Sequence record: SRR22947727_234
Length of the DNA: 55,126 nucleotides
Direction: 5' to 3' (one strand)
How positions within the stretch are numbered: the stretch's first letter is position 1; each line of letters starts with the position of its first letter. Position numbers and translations under genes: made by a program. Below the pieces are notes generated by a model that was given only the letters and a program-made list of their open reading frames with translations, was not told the origin of the DNA and did not search any database. Below, piece by piece: positions 17,541 to 26,993 of the stretch.

Positions 17541-18920
17541 ATGTCAGCGAGTTTTGCCGCACCCACACCCAACGCCGTACCCTTGCACCTCATTGCCCGC
17601 GCGGAGGCGGAGAACTGGCTGGCCGCAAGGGGCGTCGCGGCGCAAAACGCCGCCAAAACCCAAAATTGGTCGGGTAAATTGGGCCAGATCTTGTGCCTCA
17701 CTGAGCAGGGTCTGCCGGTGCGGCTGGCCATTGGCTATGGCGATACCACAGAGCGCAAACGCAAACGCTTCGGTGTGGTTGCCGGATTGTCCACAATGCC
17801 GGCACAGGTGTTTGACCTGGTCGAGAGCGATCAAGACCGAGCCAGGGACTTCGCTTTGGCCTTTGCTTTGGGCAAATATCGATACGATCGCTATGCCGCC
17901 AATGCCGCCCCAAAAGCCGAGTTGATCTGCCCAGAAGGAGTAGATGCTGAAAAAATTGAGGCGATTGTTTCCGGTGAATTTCTCACCCGAGATTTGGTCA
18001 ACACACCGTCCAACGACATGGGCCCGGCAGAGCTTGAAGCGGCGGCCCGCGACTTGGCCAAAACTTATGCGGCAGATATATCAGTCGTGACGGGTGCAGA
18101 GCTGCTCGCGCAAAACTTCCCCCTGATTCACACGGTGGGCCGCGCCTCGCCGCGGGCGCCACGTCTCATTGATCTGTGCTGGGGCACGGCAGGTCCGCGG
18201 CTCACTTTGGTGGGCAAAGGCGTGTGTTTCGACACAGGTGGCCTGAACCTCAAACCCGGCGCCTCTATGGGGTTGATGAAAAAAGATATGGGCGGGGCAG
18301 CGCATGTTCTGGGGCTGGCCAAAATGATTATGGCCAGCAATATGCCAGTGAGGCTACGGGTTCTGGTGCCCGCCGTTGAAAATGCAATCGGTGGTTCGGC
18401 CTTCCGTCCACAAGACATTTTGAAGAGCCGTAAGGGTCTGACTGTCGAGATCAACAATACCGATGCCGAGGGCCGATTGGTTCTCGCCGATGCCCTCACC
18501 TTAGCCGATGAAAGCCCCTGTGACGTGATGATTTGCATGGCAACACTGACCGGCGCTGCGCGGGTCGCGGTGGGGCCTGACATTGCACCCTATTTCACGC
18601 AGGATAATGGCTTGAGCCATGAGATCGCAACCGCCGCCGCCGAGGTTAACGATCCAGTATGGCAATTGCCCTTGCATGCGCCCTATGAGGCCATGATTGA
18701 GCCCGGCATTGCAGATTTGGACAATGCCCCTGCCGGTAGTTTTGCCGGTGCCATCACGGCGGCGCTTTTTCTACAGCGCTTTGTCACCCAAACCCAAAAG
18801 TTTGTGCATTTCGATTGCTATGGTTGGCAGCCCAGCGCCGCCCCAGCCCGCCCCAAAGGCGGCGTGGGTCAGGGCACGCGCGCCTTGTTTCACGCCTTGC
18901 CGCGCATTTTGAATCTATGA
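17541..18920 (+). CDS. M17 leucyl aminopeptidase (PepB-like)
   Basis: GKGVCFDTGG, MKKDMGGAA, NTDAEGRL. Confidence 0.93.
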   Translation: MSASFAAPTPNAVPLHLIARAEAENWLAARGVAAQNAAKTQNWSGKLGQILCLTEQGLPVRLAIGYGDTTERKRKRFGVVAGLSTMPAQVFDLVESDQDRARDFALAFALGKYRYDRYAANAAPKAELICPEGVDAEKIEAIVSGEFLTRDLVNTPSNDMGPAELEAAARDLAKTYAADISVVTGAELLAQNFPLIHTVGRASPRAPRLIDLCWGTAGPRLTLVGKGVCFDTGGLNLKPGASMGLMKKDMGGAAHVLGLAKMIMASNMPVRLRVLVPAVENAIGGSAFRPQDILKSRKGLTVEINNTDAEGRLVLADALTLADESPCDVMICMATLTGAARVAVGPDIAPYFTQDNGLSHEIATAAAEVNDPVWQLPLHAPYEAMIEPGIADLDNAPAGSFAGAITAALFLQRFVTQTQKFVHFDCYGWQPSAAPARPKGGVGQGTRALFHALPRILNL

Positions 18921-19666
18921 GCGCGCAATCTCAAATCATCCAAAGCCTCAGCGATCTGTGCGGCAAGCCGCAAGGACCCCGCGACCGTCAATTGCTGTTT
19001 GGCGATGGCTTTACGATCTTAGAGCGCGCGGGCGACTGGTGTTTTGGCAAGGCGACGAAAGACGGCTATCAAGGCTATATAAAAACCGCAGATTTAGCCC
19101 CCTACACACCCGCAACACATTGGGTGAGTGCCTTGTCCAGCCATGCCTATGCGGCACCCAATCTTAAATCACACGATCAGATCCCCCTGCCCTTCGGCGC
19201 GCAGGTGACAGTGAGCGCAGAGCACGGCAATTTTTACCAAACCCCCGCCGGCTTCATCCCCCGCCAACATTTGCGCGCAACGGGCAAATTTCTGACCGAT
19301 CCGCGAGAGGTGGCCAAGATGTTCCTTGGCTGCCCCTATTTATGGGGAGGCAATTCAGCGGCAGGCATTGATTGTTCGGGTCTGATACAGGCCGCCTGCC
19401 ATGCCACGGGGCGCGCTTGTCCAGGAGATTCAGGCCCACAACAGAAATTTTTTCCTGCAACCGAGGGGGATTGGGCGCCTGGGCAATTGATTTTCTGGCC
19501 CGGCCATGTGGCTTTGACCCTCAGCGCCACCCATCTGATCCACGCCAATGCGCATGCAATGGCCGTTGGCATTGAAGCGATTGACGTTGCAATGGCCCGC
19601 ATAGAGGCGGCCGGGGATGGGCCCATGCTTCAACGCTCGCAACTGACCCAAAGTGCAAGCCCCTAA
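18917..19666 (+). CDS. NlpC/P60 (C40) cell-wall peptidase
   Basis: PYLWGGNSAAGIDCSGL, GHVA, HAN; ATGA overlap with the peptidase gene. Confidence 0.9.
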   Translation: MSAQSQIIQSLSDLCGKPQGPRDRQLLFGDGFTILERAGDWCFGKATKDGYQGYIKTADLAPYTPATHWVSALSSHAYAAPNLKSHDQIPLPFGAQVTVSAEHGNFYQTPAGFIPRQHLRATGKFLTDPREVAKMFLGCPYLWGGNSAAGIDCSGLIQAACHATGRACPGDSGPQQKFFPATEGDWAPGQLIFWPGHVALTLSATHLIHANAHAMAVGIEAIDVAMARIEAAGDGPMLQRSQLTQSASP

Positions 19667-20007
19667 TCAACCGCCCGGATCAACCGCCGCTCCAAGACCC
19701 CCAAAACAGATCCGAGATCATGGCCGCGTTTGAGAATTTGCCCCTGCGCCCCGATCAAAGCATACATGCCCTGTTTGGTGCGCAGCTTGGGGCGTTTTTC
19801 GATGCGGTAGAGCGGGTTTTCCGCTGTACGCTTGAAAATCGAAAAGACAGCCACATCGCGCAGGCAAGAAATACCATAGTCACGCCATTCGCCCGCAGCG
19901 ACCATACGCCCATATAGCGTAAGGATGGGAGCCAATTCCAACCGATGAAAGGCAATTTTTTCGGGAATTTTCCGCAGAGACTCAGATCTAATATTTACAA
20001 CATTCAT
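19663..20007 (-). CDS. DUF2794 family protein
   Basis: FHRLELAPILTLYGRMVAAGEWRDY...ENPLYRIEKRP...ILKRGHDL. Confidence 0.85.
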   Translation of the reverse strand: MNVVNIRSESLRKIPEKIAFHRLELAPILTLYGRMVAAGEWRDYGISCLRDVAVFSIFKRTAENPLYRIEKRPKLRTKQGMYALIGAQGQILKRGHDLGSVLGVLERRLIRAVD

Positions 20008-20127
20008 GAGCGTAGAGTTGCGCCGAATTCACCAATAATCAACCCTGTCGTATTCCTGCCCTGAAATGGTCCCACAACTTTCCGTTTCAGGTCATCACAT
20101 GGCCTTTGTAACTTGCAATATGGGCGT

Positions 20128-20204
20128 CAAGCAAACGGGAGATTGGCTTTAAGTGTCATTCCTGCCCCCACTCGGATACGCGATGCTGATCTTTCGTTTG
20201 CTTG
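20128..20204 (+). ncRNA. candidate structured small RNA
   Basis: 20-bp stem 20128-20147/20185-20204, fully paired when four G-U pairs are allowed; inner stem GTGTC/GATAC around the C-rich loop ATTCCTGCCCCCACTCG. Confidence 0.55.
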
Positions 20205-20229
20205 CTTCCAACGTCAGGGCTGCTTTGTC

Positions 20230-21885
20230 CTAAGCAAAGCGGCCCTGGCAAAACCACCCGCCCGAGATGGCACCACCATGGGCGAAATAAAGCCAAAACC
20301 GGTCTCCGGTTTTGGTGACCACTTGCCAATAATCACGCGTCCCGCTGCGCCAGGCTCTTTCAGCCAGCCACCACTCCGGGGCAATCCGCTCTGGCCCCTG
20401 AGCGCTGTGCACCTCATGAAGCTGACCGCGCCATTTGAATGTCAGTGGCAATGCCGCCTCGCTATGGGTCTGCAGGGCCTCTGGTGAAAAATGCACCAAA
20501 GGTCGCGCGCGCGGCGGGGCCGGCCAGTGCAAATGTGGCGCTGACCAGGCAGCGGCCTGCACCTGCGCGGCTTTTTCCGGTATATGGCTGTCACCGGGAT
20601 GTAAGCGGGTCAGGGCCTCCAGTCCGATGCGGGCGCCCAATGTGCCAATTAAATCATCCAGCTTGGTATTTTCCAACACGCGCGCCGCAACCGCTTGACC
20701 AGCCTCAATATGCCCTTTGTGCTGATGGGCATGGATTGGCTCTGTTTGCGCCGCGATCAAGCGCAGCACATCAATGCCAAATTCTGCTTTGATATCCCCT
20801 AATTTTGATGCCAAAAGTGGCCGCATTCGCGCAATATCGGCGGAAGGTCGGGCCAACCCCACCTCAAGCGATTGCATGGTTTGATCTGTGCGATAGGCTT
20901 CCAGTCGCAATCGCCGCGCACCCTGACCTTTCTCGTTCAAACGCACCGCCAAGCGCGGCAGCAGCTTATCCAAAGCGGCCAACAGATCTTCAGCCAGACC
21001 AATTGGCTCCGGCAGGCTCAAACGGCAGGCGAAATGTGGCGCTTGTTTCGCCGGGCTAATGGGCTCGGGGGCCACGCCCAAGGCTTGATCCATCCGATAG
21101 ACCGTCCCCTTGCCAAACCGCCGTGCAAGGGCCACGCGGGGCTGACCCATCAAATCTTCCACCCGCCGAAGTCCAAGCCTGCTGAGCGCTGTAACAACAT
21201 GCCCCTCCAATCGCAGAGCGGCCACAGGCAAAGGCGCAAGGGCTTGGCGCGTCAAGCCAGGCTGGGCAATACGGCCCGATGCGCCTCGATTGCTGCGCAG
21301 CTGCGGCGCGGCGCCTCCACGCTCCCAATTGCGGCGTTTGACAGCGCGCGACCGGGTGGCGGGTGCCTCCTGATCAATCGCATCGCCCGTGCGGCTTACC
21401 CCCAAGGGCTGACCTGCATAGCGCGCCAAGGCCCATGCGGCGCCTTTTGTATCCGCCATGCCGATATGCACAGAAAGGCCAAGATCCAGGCAATCTTGCT
21501 CCACCTGCTCGATAACCCCTTCCTCACCCCCAAATAAATGTGCACAACCCGTCAAATCAATGACCAAAGAATGAGGCGGTTCTTCCGCCACCCAGGGCGA
21601 AAACTTAGAGGCCCAGCGGCGCAGACTGTTTAAAAACCGCGCTTCACTCTGAGGATTTCGAAGCCGTGTGATAAGATCGGGGCACATGGCCATAGCGTCG
21701 CGCAAGGGTTGATCCAAGCGCAGCCCCCGCTCCTCCGCCATTTGTGACAGGGAGGAGATCACCTGCATCTGCCCACGATCTTGCACCACGGCAAAAGGCA
21801 ACTCTTGCGTCATACGGGCCTGTCGCAACAGCCGCTCTGCACCCATCCGAGGAAACCATAATGATAAAACACGTCGATGTGACAT
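20230..21885 (-). CDS. imuB: ImuB-like Y-family DNA polymerase homologue
   Basis: SKFSPWVAEE..LVIDLTGCAHLFGGE, LPVAALRL, C-terminal GPERIAPEWW...RDYW...GWFCQG; upstream LexA box. Confidence 0.85.
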   Translation of the reverse strand: MSHRRVLSLWFPRMGAERLLRQARMTQELPFAVVQDRGQMQVISSLSQMAEERGLRLDQPLRDAMAMCPDLITRLRNPQSEARFLNSLRRWASKFSPWVAEEPPHSLVIDLTGCAHLFGGEEGVIEQVEQDCLDLGLSVHIGMADTKGAAWALARYAGQPLGVSRTGDAIDQEAPATRSRAVKRRNWERGGAAPQLRSNRGASGRIAQPGLTRQALAPLPVAALRLEGHVVTALSRLGLRRVEDLMGQPRVALARRFGKGTVYRMDQALGVAPEPISPAKQAPHFACRLSLPEPIGLAEDLLAALDKLLPRLAVRLNEKGQGARRLRLEAYRTDQTMQSLEVGLARPSADIARMRPLLASKLGDIKAEFGIDVLRLIAAQTEPIHAHQHKGHIEAGQAVAARVLENTKLDDLIGTLGARIGLEALTRLHPGDSHIPEKAAQVQAAAWSAPHLHWPAPPRARPLVHFSPEALQTHSEAALPLTFKWRGQLHEVHSAQGPERIAPEWWLAERAWRSGTRDYWQVVTKTGDRFWLYFAHGGAISGGWFCQGRFA

Positions 21886-21898
21886 AACCGCAGACTTT

Positions 21899-21913
21899 GT
21901 TCACTATATGTTC
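21899..21913 (-). promoter_or_regulatory. LexA (SOS) box of alphaproteobacterial type
   Basis: GTTC-ACTATAT-GTTC, an exact GTTC-N7-GTTC match, 13 nt upstream of the imuB start. Confidence 0.88.
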
Positions 21914-22050
21914 TATATGCCAAAGCCTATCTCAGAGTCGAGTCCTGCCCAGAAGGGTCTGTGCAAAAACGGTCGGTTTCGACCCAGCGCAAATACGCTT
22001 GAGTTTTGACCCAAGGACCGGCCGACGCAGACGTCGGTTTGCACCTGATA

Positions 22051-22080
22051 AAGGTCTGCTGTGCGGACGAAGCTGCCGTT
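22051..22080. repeat. imperfect palindromic element at the left flank of the inserted gene
   Basis: AAGGTCTGCT-GTGCGGACGA-AGCTGCCGTT, pattern AAnGnCnGCT-N10-AGCnGnCnTT; a related half-site AGCGGCCGCTTTC lies at 23335-23347. Confidence 0.45.
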
Positions 22081-22156
22081 TGCCGCAACCGCAAATATAG
22101 ATGAAACAACATGATTGCTGCGCCAGCCCAGGGTGGCAAGGCTGTGGACAGTCTCC

Positions 22157-22996
22157 TCAGGCTATGTGACGTGTGACGGCCTGTACGCGTGCATGAATTT
22201 CCTTCGCGAGCTTGTCTCTGCCTTCCCCATTATCATGGTAGTGCAGATAACGGATTGGTTTTAGGTCAAAGGGAACGTCGTCATGCGACTGAGTAATCAG
22301 GACAACCTCTTTACCGAGTGTGTGAGCGATTCCGGCCTCGTAAAACACATTGGGGTTCTTGCCAGACAGATCACAGACGATAACCGCCGAGGTGCAAAGC
22401 AGTTCGATAATGTCGGTCACGATATGTGCATGAACCCACATGTCATCTGCTCGTTTGCACTGGTAGCCATCGGCTTCTAGTGCGGCCTTCACATCTTGAT
22501 AGACCGATGTGAACGCCCCCGAAAAAGGCATCATGAACGACACAAGCTTCGGCTCGACCGGCTTATCGCTCAACTGGAAAACGGTCCGAGCGTCTCGCTT
22601 TCCAACCTTTTTCCGATGTAGGACGTAGAACAAATCTACGTCTTTGATTGCCCAATGGTTCCTATGAAATTCAAGGCGATCCATGTGAAGATCGGACGCC
22701 AATTCGTAAATTTCCGAATTGGTCATACGAGGAATGTCCAGGTCAATCGAATAGTGCAGTTGATAGTCGGTCCCATTGCGCTCGATCCGAGTCAGCCACC
22801 CAATCCTAGCGATTTCGTCGCCAATACCTTCTTCCAAAAAAAGCGTAGGGAGTGCCATCACGCCGGAAATATCGAGTATCCCACTCCGCATAAACCGATC
22901 TTCAAGTTCTTCCGGAGTATTCTCAAATACTCGCTCGGCCGGAATCGAGCCACGGCGGTCATTTTCCAATCTACCTGAAACAATCAAATTGAACAT
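22157..22996 (-). CDS. two-domain protein with a C-terminal nucleoside 2-deoxyribosyltransferase (NDT)/TIR-like domain; putative anti-phage effector
   Basis: MMPF...RADD...IVCDLSGKNPNVFYEAGIAHTLGKEVVLI...PFDL; N-terminal domain ending EFHRNHWAIKDVDL; lower GC than its neighbours. Confidence 0.75.
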   Translation of the reverse strand: MFNLIVSGRLENDRRGSIPAERVFENTPEELEDRFMRSGILDISGVMALPTLFLEEGIGDEIARIGWLTRIERNGTDYQLHYSIDLDIPRMTNSEIYELASDLHMDRLEFHRNHWAIKDVDLFYVLHRKKVGKRDARTVFQLSDKPVEPKLVSFMMPFSGAFTSVYQDVKAALEADGYQCKRADDMWVHAHIVTDIIELLCTSAVIVCDLSGKNPNVFYEAGIAHTLGKEVVLITQSHDDVPFDLKPIRYLHYHDNGEGRDKLAKEIHARVQAVTRHIA

Positions 22997-23440
22997 TCTT
23001 CCTCTCCAGTATCGGCCAAGATATAGTAGCCAAACGGCGGGGTGCCATCAATTAAAAGGTGTCGAATCAAGCACATTCATGGACGAAATGGGCGTCCGGC
23101 TAGCGCTAGCGTAGAGGTGCGCAAATATTCTCTCTACTCGTCGCTTCAGAGCACTACGGTCCGTTGCGCAAAGCTCAATGTCGACCACTGACTTGAGCAG
23201 TTGTCCGCCTCGCCTCGTAGAAAGGCCTGTTATGGTCGGCCTCGCTCCCTGTTCATTTTCTGCAACCGAATCATTCTGCGCAGACAGCGGTGGTTATTCT
23301 GGGCTCAGAGTCCGAATTCTCCGCACCATGAATGAGCGGCCGCTTTCGGTCAAAAACCCAGTACCAAAACCAGTCGCTCTAAAACGGTGGAATACCGCCA
23401 GCGATCAGGTAAACAGAGGCGCGTAGAAAAGGAGCTTGTC

Positions 23441-24958
23441 ATGACCAAACCCGTAGTACTTTGCATTTTGGATGGATGGGGTTTGAGCGACACCAAGGAA
23501 GGCAATGCCCCTGCCCTGGCGCATACGCCAAATTTTGATCGCCTCATGGCGCGCTGCCCAAATGCGCGTTTAATCACCCATGGGCCTGACGCCGGTCTGC
23601 CCAGCGGACAGATGGGCAATTCCGAAGTTGGCCATACCAATATTGGAGCAGGCCGGGTGGTGGCTATGGATTTGGGGCAGATTGATCTGGCGATTGAGGA
23701 CAAAACTTTCTTCCAAAACCCTGCTATTTTGGACTTTGCCGCCAAACTCAAGGCCAGCGGTGGCGCGGCGCATCTCATGGGGGTGATTTCCGACGGCGGG
23801 GTGCATGGGCATCTTGACCATCTTCTGGCCGCCAGCAGGTTACTTTGTGACATGGGCATTCCCGTCCTCATCCATGCCATTGCCGACGGGCGCGATGTCG
23901 GCCCCAGCTCAGCTCCGGGCTATTTCGCCAGCCTGCAAGAGCAGCTGCCACAGGGCGCGCAGATTGGCACAGTCATTGGCCGCTACTTTGCTTTGGACCG
24001 CGATAACCGTTGGGAGCGGGTGCAAACCGCCTATAACGCCATCGCCCATGGCACAGGCGTCAAAGCTGCCACCGCCCAAGAGATGATTGCCCGCGCCTAT
24101 GCGGAGGGCCAGACCGATGAGTTCATCCCCGCCAGCGTGATTGGCGATTACGCGGGACTGCGGCCGCAAGATGGCCTATTTTGCCTAAATTTCCGCGCCG
24201 ACCGGGCGCGTGAAATTCTAGCCGCCCTTTGCCAACCCAATTTTGACGCATTTGACACAGCGCCCCGGGTCACATTAAGCGCACAAATGGGGATGGTGTC
24301 TTATTCCGATGACCATGACACCTATCTCACAGCCGCCTTCCCAAAGCGCGATATCCCCAACACGCTGGGCGCCTGGGTGGCGCACCATGGCAAGCGCCAA
24401 TTTCGCCTCGCGGAGACAGAAAAATATCCCCATGTGACATTTTTCATGAATGGCGGTCTGGAAGTGCCCGCCGCTGGCGAGGATCGTTTCATGCCCAGCT
24501 CACCCAAGGTCGCCACCTATGATATGCAACCTGAAATGTCAGCCGCAGAGGTCACAAAGCGCTTTGTTGCCGCCATTGAGCAAGGCTATGATCTGATCAT
24601 CACCAATTATGCCAATCCTGATATGGTTGGGCATACGGGCGACTTAGCGGCGGCCATCGCCGCTTGCGAAGCGGTGGATCACGGACTTGGCCAGGTGGTG
24701 GAGGCATTGGAGCGCTGCGGTGGCAAGATGATTGTCACCGCCGATCACGGCAATTGCGAGATGATGATTGATCCCATCACCGGCGGGCCACATACGGCCC
24801 ATACGACAAATCTGGTGCCGGTCATCGGGGTGGGCTTGCCGCAGGGTTGCCGATTGCGCGTCGGCCGATTGGCCGATCTCGCACCCACGGTTCTTAAGCT
24901 GATGGATCTGCCCAAACCTGACGAAATGACAGGTCACTCCTTGATCACCCACCCCTAA
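23441..24958 (+). CDS. gpmI: 2,3-bisphosphoglycerate-independent phosphoglycerate mutase
   Basis: ILDGWG, GQMGNSEVGH, AETEKYPHVT, NPDMVGHTG, ADHGN. Confidence 0.98.
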   Translation: MTKPVVLCILDGWGLSDTKEGNAPALAHTPNFDRLMARCPNARLITHGPDAGLPSGQMGNSEVGHTNIGAGRVVAMDLGQIDLAIEDKTFFQNPAILDFAAKLKASGGAAHLMGVISDGGVHGHLDHLLAASRLLCDMGIPVLIHAIADGRDVGPSSAPGYFASLQEQLPQGAQIGTVIGRYFALDRDNRWERVQTAYNAIAHGTGVKAATAQEMIARAYAEGQTDEFIPASVIGDYAGLRPQDGLFCLNFRADRAREILAALCQPNFDAFDTAPRVTLSAQMGMVSYSDDHDTYLTAAFPKRDIPNTLGAWVAHHGKRQFRLAETEKYPHVTFFMNGGLEVPAAGEDRFMPSSPKVATYDMQPEMSAAEVTKRFVAAIEQGYDLIITNYANPDMVGHTGDLAAAIAACEAVDHGLGQVVEALERCGGKMIVTADHGNCEMMIDPITGGPHTAHTTNLVPVIGVGLPQGCRLRVGRLADLAPTVLKLMDLPKPDEMTGHSLITHP

Positions 24959-25155
24959 CGGCAAAATCCCGCCCATTCTCGCCTATATCTGCCCATAGAC
25001 GCGCCGAGCTGCCATCTTTGGCAAAGAATAACGGGTTTGGGCGCGCAATCAGCACAGTAGGGGCTGGAAAGCCGGGGCAAGACAGGCTTTATATAGGCAA
25101 AGACGCAAGTCGGGTGGCGCAGGATGCAGTGCCCCGATGCAAAAAGGATTGTAAC

Positions 25156-26493
25156 ATGAAAAAGTTTTTGATTGCAGCGATGCTCGGCGGGCTCCTCGGG
25201 GTGGTGGTCGCCCCGCAATTGGCTGGACCGCTTTTGGCCAAGGAAACCGACCAAGCAGAAACCTATAAACAGCTTGAGCTTTTTGGTGATATTTTTGACC
25301 GCATCCGCGCGGAATATGTGGAAGAAGTGGATGACAAGAAGCTGATTGAAGCGGCAATCAATGGCATGCTGACCTCTTTGGATCCACATTCAAGCTACCT
25401 CTCGCCCGATGATGCCAGCGATATGCGCATTCAAACCCGGGGCGCCTTTGGTGGGCTGGGGATTGAGGTGACCCAAGAGGATGGGTTTGTAAAAGTCATC
25501 ACCCCAATTGATGACACCCCCGCGGCCGAGGCTGGGGTCGAACCTGGCGATTTCATCACCCATGTGGACGGGGAGAGTCTTTTGGGCCTGACATTGGATG
25601 AGGCGGTGCAATTGATGCGCGGTCCGGTCGGTTCGGAAATCGTGATCACCGTGGTGCGCGAAAGTGAATCTGAGCCTTTTGACATCAAAATCATCCGCGA
25701 CACCATCAAACTGACCGCCGTGCGTGACAAGACAATTGGCCAGTCCATTGTGATGCGGGTCAGCACATTTAATGACCAAACCTACCCAAATCTTGAAGAC
25801 GGAATCGCCAAGCAAATTGAGGCGGCAAGCGGTATTGAGAATATCAACGGCTTTGTCATTGATCTACGCAATAATCCCGGCGGGTTGCTGAACCAAGCGA
25901 TCAAAGTCTCGGATGCGTTTCTTGAAAAGGGTGAGATCGTTTCAACCCGTGGACGCGCGCCCGAAGATGGCGACCGTTGGAATGCGCGGGCCGGCGATTT
26001 GGCCCAAGGAAAACCGATTGTGGTTTTGATCAATGGCGGCTCGGCCTCTGCCTCTGAAATTGTCGCAGGCGCATTGCAAGATCACCGCCGGGCGATTGTT
26101 GTGGGCACCAAGAGCTTTGGAAAGGGCTCTGTTCAGACCATCATGCCCGTGGCCGGCGATGGGGCGATGCGCTTGACCACTGCGCGCTACTACACCCCAT
26201 CAGGCCGGTCCATCCAAGCGCTTGGAGTCTCGCCCGACATCATTGTCCAGCAGCCCCGCAAAGACCCCAACAGCACCGAGGATGAAGCCGCTGAGGACGA
26301 AGGCAGCACGCGCACTGAAGCTGATTTGCGCGGGTCACTCGACAACGACAGCCTGTCAGACGCGGACCGCGATCAAATTGAGCAAGAGCGCGCCCGCGCC
26401 GAGGAGGCCGCGAAGCTGCGCGATGAAGATTTCCAGCTGTCCTATGCGATCGATCTGCTCAAAGGCCTATCGGCCATCCAACCGGCACAATAG
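25156..26493 (+). CDS. ctpA: S41 carboxyl-terminal processing protease
   Basis: Signal peptide, LDPHSSY, PDZ GGLGI, DLRNNPGG, SASASEI, SFGKGSVQ. Confidence 0.92.
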   Translation: MKKFLIAAMLGGLLGVVVAPQLAGPLLAKETDQAETYKQLELFGDIFDRIRAEYVEEVDDKKLIEAAINGMLTSLDPHSSYLSPDDASDMRIQTRGAFGGLGIEVTQEDGFVKVITPIDDTPAAEAGVEPGDFITHVDGESLLGLTLDEAVQLMRGPVGSEIVITVVRESESEPFDIKIIRDTIKLTAVRDKTIGQSIVMRVSTFNDQTYPNLEDGIAKQIEAASGIENINGFVIDLRNNPGGLLNQAIKVSDAFLEKGEIVSTRGRAPEDGDRWNARAGDLAQGKPIVVLINGGSASASEIVAGALQDHRRAIVVGTKSFGKGSVQTIMPVAGDGAMRLTTARYYTPSGRSIQALGVSPDIIVQQPRKDPNSTEDEAAEDEGSTRTEADLRGSLDNDSLSDADRDQIEQERARAEEAAKLRDEDFQLSYAIDLLKGLSAIQPAQ

Positions 26494-26496
26494 CAG

Positions 26497-26982
26497 ATGC
26501 GCCACTCTGATATTGAACAGCTGCCCTATAGACCCAATGTTGGCGTCATGCTCATCAATCGGGCGGGCCTGGTCTTTGTCGCCCAAAGGCTCGAGCATTA
26601 TTCTGAGGCTTGGCAAATGCCCCAGGGGGGCATTGATCCGGGCGAGGATGCCCGGGTGGCTGCCCTGCGTGAACTGGAAGAAGAAACCGGCGTTCCAGCG
26701 CAAAAAGTGCAAATCCTTGCGGAAACCCCGGGCTGGATTCCCTATGAGCTGCCCGCGGATTTGATCCCACAGCTTTGGGGCGGCAAATACCGCGGCCAGG
26801 AACAAAAATGGTTTTTGATGCGTTTTCTAGGCGAAGATTCAGATGTGAATATTGACACAGATGAGCCTGAATTCTCCGCCTGGAAATGGATCGCCCCCGC
26901 CGATCTGCCCGAGGCGATTGTGTCTTTCAAGCGCGATGTCTACCGCTCCGTGCTCGCCGCATTTAAAGAGCATCTACCGTAA
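26497..26982 (+). CDS. rppH: RNA pyrophosphohydrolase
   Basis: [18 protein letters not shown]...RELEEETG Nudix box, GQEQKWF. Confidence 0.95.
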   Translation: MRHSDIEQLPYRPNVGVMLINRAGLVFVAQRLEHYSEAWQMPQGGIDPGEDARVAALRELEEETGVPAQKVQILAETPGWIPYELPADLIPQLWGGKYRGQEQKWFLMRFLGEDSDVNIDTDEPEFSAWKWIAPADLPEAIVSFKRDVYRSVLAAFKEHLP

Positions 26983-26993
26983 AGGCGGCGGAT

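Noticed and set aside
20113..20487. 124-aa ORF on the + strand across the RNA hairpin
   Set aside because: TTG start, no RBS, overlaps imuB antisense and has no recognisable motifs.
21950..23400. IS element, prophage or CRISPR array at the island
   Set aside because: No transposase or integrase, no terminal inverted repeat pair or target duplication, and no regularly spaced direct repeats.
23178..23426. 82-aa ORF in the right flank of the island
   Set aside because: No RBS or motif, and it runs through the repeat-like sequence and the gpmI upstream region.
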